From Gemmatimonadales bacterium (GTDB taxonomy: Bacteria > Gemmatimonadota > Gemmatimonadetes > Gemmatimonadales > GWC2-71-9): a stretch of 64,000 nucleotides of DNA. The stretch covers positions 1,452 to 65,451 of the forward strand of contig JBFJHJ010000001.1 in assembly GCA_041613315.1 (NCBI GenBank). The letters run 5' to 3'. The position numbers and the translations under genes were made by a program. Below the pieces are notes generated by a model, which saw nothing but the letters and a program-made list of their open reading frames with translations, was not told where the DNA came from and did not search any database. Position 1 is the stretch's first letter. Each line of letters opens with the position of its first letter. Below, in pieces: positions 20,996 through 29,395 of this stretch.

Positions 20996-21779
20996 GTCTG
21001 CGATCTACACCCGTTGGCACGGGCTGACCGAGTTGCACGCGCGGTACCGGGGCGCACGCGGCGCCACGATCGCTCAGCCGCCGCTCGCGCCGCTCCCGCG
21101 GCCGCTCACGGCATGCCGAGTGGGGCTGCTCACCACCGCCGGCGTCCATCATGTGAAGCAGCACGGGTTCGATATGGTCAACCCCGACGGGGATGCGTCT
21201 TACCGGGTGATCGCCGGCGACGTCCGGTCCGACGAGCTCACGATTACGCACGACTACTACGATCATCGCGCCGCCGATCGCGACCTCAACTGCGTGTTCC
21301 CGCTCGAGCGACTCCACGAGCTCGTCCGGGCGGGCGAGGTGGGAGGCGTCGCGCCGCGCCACGTCGGGATGATGGGGCACATTCTGGGTGCCGAGCGCCG
21401 CCGGCTCGTTGCCGTGACCGCGCAGGAAGTGGCAGCGCTTTTCAGGGACGACCGCGTCGACGCGGTGCTGGCCTCGCCGGGATGACCGACGTGTCACCAG
21501 ACCGTGAGCCTGGTCGCACGTCAGATCGAGACCGCCGGCATCCCCACGGTGATGATCGGAGTGGTCGAGCACGCGCTTCGCGCGCTGCCGGCGCCGCGCA
21601 ACGTCCTGGTACGGTTCCGACTGGGCCAGGTGTTCGGGGAACCCGGGGCGCAGCTCCAGCAGCGGACCATCCTGCGGGCCACCCTGGGCCTGCTCCCGCG
21701 CGCGAGCGTGCCCGGCGTGATCGTGGAGCTGCCGTACCGGTGGCGGCGGGAGACGTACGAGGCGGAGGCGGCCCGTTGA
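20970..21779 (+). CDS. GrdB/PrdB-family reductase-like protein with in-frame TGA at 21483-21485 (candidate selenocysteine)
   Basis: The tail of ORF 19905..21485 (from ATG 20970, MGRRWNRFK...) and ORF 21504..21779 are in the same frame, separated only by the TGA. The read-through gives ...VDAVLASPG-U-PTCHQTVSLVARQIETAGIPTVMIG... It also has THDYYDHRAADRDLNCVFPLERLHELVRAGEVGG, which is GrdB-like. Confidence 0.6.
21488..21522 (+). promoter_or_regulatory. SECIS-like stem-loop immediately 3' of the in-frame TGA
   Basis: GACGUG(21488-93) pairs with CACGUC(21517-22), and ACCAG(21496-500) pairs with CUGGU(21510-14). The 9-nt apical loop ACCGUGAGC starts 18 nt after the U of UGA. Confidence 0.45.
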
Positions 21780-21811
21780 CACCGAGCCGCTCGGTCGCCC
21801 AGCTTGCCGTC

Positions 21812-22981
21812 ATGCGGGCGCGCGTGGGGTGGATCGGTTGGGCGGCCGTGCTGCTGGGCCTGCTGGGGGCTGCCTCGGCTCCGCTCGCCGCTCAGGAGCG
21901 GCGCTCTGCCCGTGACCTCGGCATCCCCGTGGGTATTTTCCTCCCCGGCCCGCTGAATGCCATTACCGACGTGCCGGGTGTGCTGGTCGGGCACACGACG
22001 GTCGTAAGTGGTGACTCCATCAACACGGGCGTCACCGCCATCGTGCCGCATGGCGGGAACGTCTTCCGCGAGAAGGTGCCGGCCGCGGTCGTGGTCGGGA
22101 ATGGCTTCGGCAAGCTCGCCGGATTCACCCAGATACAGGAGCTGGGCGAGCTCGAGTCGCCGATCATCTTGACCTGCACGCTGTGCGTGCCCCGGGCCGC
22201 GGACGCCGTGCTGAGCTACTTGTTGGCGCTCCCCGGCAATGAGGATGTGCGCTCGGCGAACGCCGTCGTAGGGGAAACGAACGACGGGTTCCTCAACCAC
22301 ATTCGCCTCCGCCCCATCCGGGACGAGCATGTGCTCGCGGCTATTCGGGCGGCGCGGAGCGGCCCCGTGGCGCAGGGCAGTGTGGGTGCCGGCCGCGGCA
22401 CGGTGGCGTTCGGTTGGAAGGGCGGGATCGGGACGGCCAGCCGCCGCGTGCCAGCCGGGCTCGGCGGGTGGGTGGTCGGCGTCCTGGTGCAGTCGAACTT
22501 CGGCGGCGTGCTCACGATCGCGGGCGCGCCGGTGGGGAAAGCGCTGGGGCGGTTCTATCTGCGCGACCGGCTGGACGGGGCCGCAGGAGGGCGAGCGGAC
22601 CGCGGGGACGGCTCTATCATGATCGTGGTCGCGACCGATGCGCCGCTCGACCACCGCAACCTCGAGCGATTGGCTCGGCGGGCGTTTGCCGGGCTCGCCC
22701 GCACGGGCAGCGCGATGACCAACGGGTCGGGCGACTACGTCATCGCCTTCGCCACGCGGCGCTCCGCCGGAGGGTCCGGTCGGCTTGCCGATACCGTGGC
22801 GGTGGTGAGCAACGAGGCCATGTCGCCGATCTTTCAGGCGGTGATCGAAGCCACCGAGGAGGCCATCTACAACTCGCTCCTGCTCGCCACCACCGTGCGT
22901 GGCCATCGCGGCACGGTGGAGGCCCTCCCGTTAGATTCGACGGTGGCGATTCTCGAACGCTACGGGGTCGTGCGCCCATGA
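21812..22981 (+). CDS. DmpA/P1-family aminopeptidase (peptidase S58), secreted
   Basis: Start at ATG 21812 within ORF 20981..22981. Signal peptide MRARVGWIGWAAVLLGLLGAASAPLAAQ. Motifs NTGVTAIVPHGG, GSVGAGRGT and IMIVVATDAPL. Confidence 0.8.
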   Translation: MRARVGWIGWAAVLLGLLGAASAPLAAQERRSARDLGIPVGIFLPGPLNAITDVPGVLVGHTTVVSGDSINTGVTAIVPHGGNVFREKVPAAVVVGNGFGKLAGFTQIQELGELESPIILTCTLCVPRAADAVLSYLLALPGNEDVRSANAVVGETNDGFLNHIRLRPIRDEHVLAAIRAARSGPVAQGSVGAGRGTVAFGWKGGIGTASRRVPAGLGGWVVGVLVQSNFGGVLTIAGAPVGKALGRFYLRDRLDGAAGGRADRGDGSIMIVVATDAPLDHRNLERLARRAFAGLARTGSAMTNGSGDYVIAFATRRSAGGSGRLADTVAVVSNEAMSPIFQAVIEATEEAIYNSLLLATTVRGHRGTVEALPLDSTVAILERYGVVRP

Positions 22982-24207
22982 CCGTTTCCTCTGCTTCCAG
23001 GTTTACGCCGTCGAAGAACCTGTCGCACCTGACGCCGTCGGAGACGATGGCCGTCAGTCAGGAGGCGCAGCGGCGCCGGCGGGCCGGCGAGGACGTGATC
23101 GACCTGTCGGCCGGGGAGCCGGACTTCGAGACGCCGCGGCTTGCGGCGGAGGCGGGGATCCGCGCTATCCAGCAGGGCAAGACGCACTACCCACCGAACG
23201 CCGGCATCCTCGACCTGCGAGCCGCAGCGGCCCGCCATCTTTCGCTGCTGTCGGGAGGTCGCCCGGTCAACGCCGACCACATCGTCGTCTCCACCGGCGC
23301 CAAGCAATCATTGTTCAACGCTTGCTTCACCCTCTTCGGGCCCGGCGACCACGTGCTGATTCCCGCGCCGGCGTGGGTCTCCTACCCGCAGATGGTGCAC
23401 CTGGCCCGTGGCACACCGGTCCTGGTTCCCGGTGATATCGAATGGAGCCTGAAGGTCGGCGTGGAGGACGTGACCCGTGCGGCCGACAAGCGGACCACGG
23501 GGCTCATCCTCTGCTCGCCGGTGAACCCGACCGGCGCGGTCTACACGCGGGCGGAGTTGAAGACCCTGGTGGAGTGGGCGCGAGAGCGGGAGATCTGGGT
23601 GATCGCGGACGAGATCTACCGCCGCATCCACTACGGATCGGGTCCGGCCCCGTCGGTCATGGATCTCCCCGACGAGTTGCTCGAGCGCGTGGTGATCGTG
23701 AGCGGCGTCAGCAAGGCGTTCGCCATGACAGGCTGGCGGATCGGTCTGGCCATCGCGCCGCCGCCCGTGGCGAAGGCGATGGCGGGATTGCAGACGCACG
23801 TCACGAGCGGGGCCTCGCACCCCGCTCAATGGGCGGCCGCCGCGGCGCTGGCGGACGAGCGCGTGGAGGCTGATGTCGTGCGCATGGTGGAGGCGTTCCG
23901 CCGCCGCCGGGATCTGGTGGTCGAGCGGTTCCGTAGCGATCTCCCGGGGGTCGAGTTCGTGGAGCCGCTCGGGGCCTTCTACTTCTTCTTCCGGGTGGAC
24001 GGGTACGTCACCCCCGAGCTCACGGGCGCGATGCGCTACTGTGAGCGGCTCCTGGCTGAGGAGAAGGTGGCCCTGGTGCCGGGCGAGGCGTTCGGCGACG
24101 GCCGCTGGGTGCGGTTGTCGTTTGCGGCCGCCGAGCGCGATCTCGAGCGTGCCCTCGACCGCCTCGCCGCCTTCGGGAGAACACTGGACCGCGAGCGCGG
24201 GCATTAG
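22978..24207 (+). CDS. Class I/II PLP-dependent aminotransferase (aspartate aminotransferase-like)
   Basis: ATG 22978 overlaps the upstream stop (ATGA). Motifs YPPNAG, NPTGAVY and the PLP-lysine motif SGVSKAFAMTGWRIG. Confidence 0.9.
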   Translation: MTVSSASRFTPSKNLSHLTPSETMAVSQEAQRRRRAGEDVIDLSAGEPDFETPRLAAEAGIRAIQQGKTHYPPNAGILDLRAAAARHLSLLSGGRPVNADHIVVSTGAKQSLFNACFTLFGPGDHVLIPAPAWVSYPQMVHLARGTPVLVPGDIEWSLKVGVEDVTRAADKRTTGLILCSPVNPTGAVYTRAELKTLVEWAREREIWVIADEIYRRIHYGSGPAPSVMDLPDELLERVVIVSGVSKAFAMTGWRIGLAIAPPPVAKAMAGLQTHVTSGASHPAQWAAAAALADERVEADVVRMVEAFRRRRDLVVERFRSDLPGVEFVEPLGAFYFFFRVDGYVTPELTGAMRYCERLLAEEKVALVPGEAFGDGRWVRLSFAAAERDLERALDRLAAFGRTLDRERGH

Positions 24208-24246
24208 CGCGCCGCTGGCCATCACACCGAGAGACCGGATCAGCAT

Positions 24247-24756
24247 ATGAGCTTCCCCGGACGCATCGAGTCCCTCGCGGGTCCGCTCCCCCCCGTCGCG
24301 TTCCGGTGGGATGCGGAGACCGAGATCCTGGCCGCGCGGCTCACGGGTGTGCGGGGCCAACGCGGCTTCAGCGGGAGCGTCGAGTTCGAAGACGGTCGCG
24401 GCGCCGTGCTCACGCTCGATGTCGAACTGGGGGTCGCCTGCGGGCTGGAGGTCGTGGTCTGGCCCGAGGCGGACGTCGTGGACACGCTGGCGCCGCCGAC
24501 GCCGAAGCGCCAAGGGCGTCTCGTGGTGCCGGCGCGGCCGTCCCAGCCGGAGATCGGCGTGGTGGAGTTGGAGGTCTCCCTCTCCGCCGAGCGCAGCGCC
24601 GACGAATCGGTGATTCACGTGCGTGTGGGCCCTGCCCGCAAGTCGGAGCCGGTGAGTCTGGGCACCGGGCTCATCGCCGACGTGGACGGTGACGGCGATG
24701 TCGCCGGTTTCTGGCTCGTGGGCGTTCCGCCGTTCCCGACCGCGAAGGGGGTATGA
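24247..24756 (+). CDS. Hypothetical protein
   Basis: 169-aa ORF with ordinary composition and two similar halves, each ending in a ...LD/VDGDG..G.... pattern. Its stop overlaps the next start (ATGA at 24753-24756). Confidence 0.5.
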   Translation: MSFPGRIESLAGPLPPVAFRWDAETEILAARLTGVRGQRGFSGSVEFEDGRGAVLTLDVELGVACGLEVVVWPEADVVDTLAPPTPKRQGRLVVPARPSQPEIGVVELEVSLSAERSADESVIHVRVGPARKSEPVSLGTGLIADVDGDGDVAGFWLVGVPPFPTAKGV

Positions 24757-26402
24757 GGCGCTCGGTTGCGGCAGCGATCGCCGCGGTGGTGGCGACGGCC
24801 CCGTCGGCGCCGGGCCAGACGCCGCCCGACGTGCGCGTCTTCGTCAATGCGCGGATCTGGACCGGTGATTCCGCGGCGCCGCTCGCGGAGGCCGTGGCCA
24901 TCCGCGGCGACCGCATCATCGCCGTGGGCGGACGGGCAGCCGTCGAGCGGGCAGCCGGCGCGGCGGCCGGCCGCGAGGATCTCGGAGGACGCTTCGTCGT
25001 CCCCGGGTTCATCGACACGCATACCCATTTCGGGCGCGCCGGGGAGCTCCTGCTCGGCGTGAACCTGCTGGATGTGTCGGACGATGCCGGGCTCGTCCGG
25101 CGCGTCCGCGAGGCGAACGCGCGCCTGCCCCCGGGTTCGTGGATGGTCGGTGGCGACTGGGGCGCTTACGACCTCGAGAGCCGGTGGGCGCCGTCGCGTC
25201 CGCTCCTCGATTCGCTGACGGGCAGTCGACCGACGCTCCTCAGCAAATGGGACCGCTCCCAGTACGTGGCGAATGCCGCCGCCCTCCGGGCCGCCGCCCT
25301 GGATCCCGCGCGCCACGACGGGCGCCTGACGCCGGAGGAAGCGCAGGGCATCCGCGGCGTCATCCCCGTCCCACCCTTCGAGCAACGGCTCGCCGAAGCC
25401 CGGCTCGCCCTCCAGGACCTGGCCCGACACGGCGTGACCGAAGTGCATGACATCACCGGCGCCGGGCAGATGCGGATCTTCCAGCACCTCCTGGCGCGGG
25501 ACTCCCTCACGGTCCGCGTGTGTGCCCGCCCGACGCTGGATCAGTGGGAGCACCAGGCAGCGCTCGGCATCGTGACCGGCTTCGGCAACCGCATGCTCCG
25601 CTACTGCGGTCTCAAGGGATTCGTCGACGGCATCATGGGGAATTCTTCGGCGATGTTCCGAGAGCCGTATCGCCACCTCCCCGCGACACGCGGCCGGTGG
25701 CGGGACATGATGTCGCCCCCCGGCACGATGGAGCGTTTGATCGCGGGCGCGGATGCGGCCGGCCTGACGCCGCAGGTTCACGCCATCGGGGACCTCGCCG
25801 TTGACACGCTCCTGGACATGTTCGCGATGGCGATCGCGACGAACGGCCCCAAGGACCGCCGGTTCCGCGTGATTCACGCGCAAGTCGTCGAGCCGGACGA
25901 CGTCGCCCGATTCGGTGAGTTGGGAGTGATCGCCGAGGTCCAGCCCTACCACGCGATCGACGACATGCGCTGGATGGAGGAACGGATTGGGGAGCGGGCA
26001 CGCGGGGCCTACGCGTTCCGCTCGCTCAAGGCGGGCGGGGCGCTGCTCGTCTTCGGCTCCGACTGGCCCGGCACGAACGCCTCCTGGTATCCGGCGGAGC
26101 CGCTGCTTGGGATCTACGCCGCCGTGACCCGAAAGACCCTCGACGGTGTCCCGCCCGAGGGCTGGTTTCCGGCCGAGCGTCTGAGCGTGCGGGAGGCGCT
26201 CGAGGCCTACACCACGGCAGCAGCGTACGCCGGGTTCGAGGAGCGCGTGAAGGGGAAACTCGCGGCCGGCTATGTGGCGGACCTGGTCGTGCTGTCCGAC
26301 GATCTCTTCGCGATCCCGCCTGACGCGATCAAGGACGTGCGGGTTCTCGGCACGATGGTCGCGGGCCGCTGGGTGTACCGCTCGGGGCCCGTGACACCCT
26401 GA
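24753..26402 (+). CDS. Metal-dependent amidohydrolase (Amidohydro_3-like), secreted
   Basis: Signal-like N-terminus. Motifs PGFIDTHTHF, HAIGD and FGSDWP. 549 aa. Confidence 0.85.
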   Translation: MRRSVAAAIAAVVATAPSAPGQTPPDVRVFVNARIWTGDSAAPLAEAVAIRGDRIIAVGGRAAVERAAGAAAGREDLGGRFVVPGFIDTHTHFGRAGELLLGVNLLDVSDDAGLVRRVREANARLPPGSWMVGGDWGAYDLESRWAPSRPLLDSLTGSRPTLLSKWDRSQYVANAAALRAAALDPARHDGRLTPEEAQGIRGVIPVPPFEQRLAEARLALQDLARHGVTEVHDITGAGQMRIFQHLLARDSLTVRVCARPTLDQWEHQAALGIVTGFGNRMLRYCGLKGFVDGIMGNSSAMFREPYRHLPATRGRWRDMMSPPGTMERLIAGADAAGLTPQVHAIGDLAVDTLLDMFAMAIATNGPKDRRFRVIHAQVVEPDDVARFGELGVIAEVQPYHAIDDMRWMEERIGERARGAYAFRSLKAGGALLVFGSDWPGTNASWYPAEPLLGIYAAVTRKTLDGVPPEGWFPAERLSVREALEAYTTAAAYAGFEERVKGKLAAGYVADLVVLSDDLFAIPPDAIKDVRVLGTMVAGRWVYRSGPVTP

Positions 26403-26429
26403 CATGCCGTCGCGGCTCGCGAGCGGCCG

Positions 26430-27455
26430 GTGCCGCGGCCGGCCCGGCGGAATCCCGCCTCGCCGGTCGGCCGGCGGCCCGGAGGCGGACGACTGACCCT
26501 CTCGATCCATCATCGGTTGCGGGACGCGCTTCTGCGCGCGGGTGGCACCCCGGGCGCGGATACGCCGCGCACGCACGCGGCGCCGCCGGTGCATTCCCCC
26601 TTCGCCGCGTCCACGCCCATCGAGCACGCGGCCGTGCGGGCGGTGGACGTGGGCGGGCCGGCCGAGCCGCCGGAGGGGACGGGGTTCCTCGACGGGATCC
26701 AGCGCTATGCCGTGGCGGGCCGAATCGGCCTCACGCCCGTCGTCCGTGCGGTAGTGGCGGCGGCCGTGCTCACCCGGCGGGCGGGCGCCCTGCGGCCCGC
26801 GCAGGTCGCGCACGAGGAGTTCGTGGTGGTTCCGTTCGCGCGGCTCACGGGAGCACAGCGGTCGGCGCTCGAGGAGGCGGACCTCCAGCTGCTCGAGTGC
26901 GAGGTCGACGAGCGCGCACACCCGATCCTCGACGTCCAGGCGGCGGTGCACGTGATCGAGCAACGCCGGGAGGCCCTGGAGCGACAGGTGGCGGAAGCGC
27001 ATCTGGTGGAGGAGCGTGACGCGTGGCTGGTCGTGGACGGGCCGATCGGCGCGCTCACGTGGCGGGGCGACGGACCCCCCCGGGTCCTGGGGATCGTCAA
27101 GAGTCACGAGACGCAGTACCTCGAGGGACCGGACCTGGAGGCGGCGCTCACCCTTCCCGCGGGGCACCGCACGAGCGTGTTCGGCCGCGCCACGGGGGGG
27201 CGCGGGGGGCGCAGGGAGGCCTTTTCGTGGTATCTTCGGTTATGGCCATGGGAGGATCACGACCTGCTGTTTGGGCTGGTGCGGCTGGAGCGTCCGTCGG
27301 TCCCTGAGGTGGCGGGAGAAGCGACGGCGGTGAGCCGCTGGATCCTGGCTGAGCGGGCGCCGTTGGCGGCGCCCGACGGCCGGTGGGATCGCCTCATCTA
27401 TCCGATCCAGCAGGTCGAGACCTACTTGCGGGCGCAGGCCGGGGGGTGGCTGTGA
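26430..27455 (+). CDS. nurA: NurA-like nuclease
   Basis: Motifs in NurA order: FLDGIQRY, WLVVDGPI, GIVKSHETQYL, FSWYLRL. The ORF has no internal Met. The first ~65 aa are Arg/Pro-rich, so the real start may be a later GTG (e.g. 26634). Its stop overlaps the herA start (GTGA). Confidence 0.55.
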   Translation: MPRPARRNPASPVGRRPGGGRLTLSIHHRLRDALLRAGGTPGADTPRTHAAPPVHSPFAASTPIEHAAVRAVDVGGPAEPPEGTGFLDGIQRYAVAGRIGLTPVVRAVVAAAVLTRRAGALRPAQVAHEEFVVVPFARLTGAQRSALEEADLQLLECEVDERAHPILDVQAAVHVIEQRREALERQVAEAHLVEERDAWLVVDGPIGALTWRGDGPPRVLGIVKSHETQYLEGPDLEAALTLPAGHRTSVFGRATGGRGGRREAFSWYLRLWPWEDHDLLFGLVRLERPSVPEVAGEATAVSRWILAERAPLAAPDGRWDRLIYPIQQVETYLRAQAGGWL

Positions 27456-29395
27456 TTCGGCTGGGCGACCCGCGTCCGATCGGCCGCGTCGTGGCCACGG
27501 AGGCTCTGCCCGCCACGCCGCACCAATTCCACTTCTGGACCGCCACGGAGACCCCCATCGGGATCGGGACGATCGTGCGCGTGGACGGTCTCGAGGGACG
27601 GAGCGCGTATGCGGTCGTGATGGACGGACGCGCGTACTCCGATCTCGCGACACCGCTCCACGATGTCGTGGCGGCCGACGGCGATCCCGCGGGCGCCCGG
27701 GCGCCAACGCGGCGCACCGAAGTGCGCCTCTGGACGGCCGCGGTCCTGCGGCATGTGCCGGAGGAGCCCGTGCAGCCGGTGTCGCTGTCGGACGTGTGGC
27801 TGGCCACCGCCCGCGACATCGAGACGGCGCTGCGCATGGACGCCTATGTCCATGGAGACGCCCCCACGGGGATTCCGATCGGCGTGTACCGAGGGGGCGG
27901 GCTCACGGCGCCGGTCTCGCTGGACGCGGGCTTCCTGCTGGGCCCCGAGTCGGCGCACCTCAACATCACCGGGATCTCGGGTCTGGCGACCAAGACCAGC
28001 GCCGTCGAATTCATCCTCGCAAGCATCTTCCAGCACCTGCCGAGGGCGAAGGGCACCGTGGCGGCCGTGTGCTTCAACGTGAAGGGGCCGGACCTCTGCT
28101 TCCTGGACCAGCCGACGGAGCTCACGGACGAGGACCGTGAACTCTACGGGGCGCTGGGCGTCGCGCCGGCGCCGTTCAAGGGCGTCTCGTACTACGCTCC
28201 CTTCAAAGCGGACGGCGTCAACCTGAACACGCTTCGCTCGCACCCGGATCTCGTGGGCTCGGTGCAACCGTTGGTCTGGGGGCTCCGGGAGGTGCTTGAC
28301 TACCACGAAGTCCTGCTCAGCCGCGACGACCTCGACGCCAAGTCCGACGCGTTCCTCGATTTCCTCGCGGATCGTGTGGTGGAGAAGTCGTTCGATGACG
28401 ACTGGGGCAACCGGCACCGGGTGCAGAGCTTCGCCGACCTCGAGCGCCTGTTCCGGGCGATCTTCGACGGGCTGGAGGCGGCGGGGCGGGGGGACATCTG
28501 GCGCACGCATCACATCGCGACGATCCGCAAGGTGCGGAACCGGTTGCTCAACATCTCGACGCGTTGCAAGGGGCTCGTCACCGACGACGGTACGGTGAGC
28601 GATCTCCCGTTCGGCCACTTCGAGGACCGGGCGGTGTATCTGCTCGATGTGGCCGGCATGGACCAGCTGGGGCAGGATCTCGTCTTCACCCGCGTCGTCT
28701 CGCGGCTCCGGGAGCACCTCGAGCGTCGCGATCTCGGGGTCGACCATGTGGTGGTGTTCGTGGACGAACTGAACAAGTACGCTCCCGGCGACGGGCCGGA
28801 AACGTACGTGAAGAAGATGCTGCTGGATATCTCCGAGCGGGGCCGGTATCTGGGCCTTGTCCTGTTTGCGGCTCAGCAGTTCCGCTCGCAGGTGCACCGT
28901 CGCATCGTGGGCAATGCCGGCACGATGGTCTTCGGACGCATGGATATGGACGAGCTCGCGACGCCGGGGTATCAAGTGCTGTCGCCGGCGACCAAGATCA
29001 AGCTCGCGACGCTGCCCAAAGGAGAGCTGATGGTGCGACATCCGCACTTCACGCAACCGATCTTCGTCCGCTTCCCCCGTCCCGCCGTCCTCAGCGGCCC
29101 GATGGGCGTGGCCCGCTTCCCGCCGGCGACAGACGTTCCGTTCGAGGACGCCGTGGTGCGACAGCTCGTCGCTCTCGATCGCCGGGTGGCGCCGGGGCGC
29201 GTCAAGGATATGATCGCCGACCGCCGGGAGGACGAGGTGCGCCGGGCCCTCCTCGCGACGCGCCGGGCGCGACCCGCGGACGCGCTCGCGTTCTTCCGGG
29301 CAAGCCTCGGCGACGCGGTGCCGGCGACGGCGGTGCGTCGGGCGGCCGGCGCCACCACTCCGCTCCGATCGGTGGAGGATCCCTATGCGACGTGA
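27452..29395 (+). CDS. herA: HerA-like FtsK/HerA-superfamily ATPase
   Basis: GTG 27452 is in frame with ORF 27383..29395. The N-terminus is HAS-barrel-like (IGRVVATEA...FHFWT...IGTIVRVDG). It has a P-loop-like GISGLATKTS, Walker B VVVFVDELNKY, and ERGRYLGLVLFAAQQFRSQV...TMVFGRM. Confidence 0.8.
   Translation: MIRLGDPRPIGRVVATEALPATPHQFHFWTATETPIGIGTIVRVDGLEGRSAYAVVMDGRAYSDLATPLHDVVAADGDPAGARAPTRRTEVRLWTAAVLRHVPEEPVQPVSLSDVWLATARDIETALRMDAYVHGDAPTGIPIGVYRGGGLTAPVSLDAGFLLGPESAHLNITGISGLATKTSAVEFILASIFQHLPRAKGTVAAVCFNVKGPDLCFLDQPTELTDEDRELYGALGVAPAPFKGVSYYAPFKADGVNLNTLRSHPDLVGSVQPLVWGLREVLDYHEVLLSRDDLDAKSDAFLDFLADRVVEKSFDDDWGNRHRVQSFADLERLFRAIFDGLEAAGRGDIWRTHHIATIRKVRNRLLNISTRCKGLVTDDGTVSDLPFGHFEDRAVYLLDVAGMDQLGQDLVFTRVVSRLREHLERRDLGVDHVVVFVDELNKYAPGDGPETYVKKMLLDISERGRYLGLVLFAAQQFRSQVHRRIVGNAGTMVFGRMDMDELATPGYQVLSPATKIKLATLPKGELMVRHPHFTQPIFVRFPRPAVLSGPMGVARFPPATDVPFEDAVVRQLVALDRRVAPGRVKDMIADRREDEVRRALLATRRARPADALAFFRASLGDAVPATAVRRAAGATTPLRSVEDPYAT

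Noticed and set aside
21504-21779. The 91-aa ORF from the track treated as an independent small gene starting at GTG 21504.
   Set aside because: It is in the same frame as the upstream GrdB-like reading frame and is separated from it only by one TGA. The conserved ...IE.AGIP.V segment would be split from its U/C-x-x-C partner, and no ribosome-binding site precedes 21504. I prefer a single read-through (Sec) gene, while keeping a pseudogene as the alternative.
26430-26633. The Arg/Pro-rich first ~65 codons of the NurA-like ORF as genuine coding sequence.
   Set aside because: I did not fully reject this. The composition resembles off-frame high-GC translation and no NurA motif lies in it, so the reported start (the first in-frame GTG) is probably too far upstream. 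I left it as is for lack of a better-supported start.
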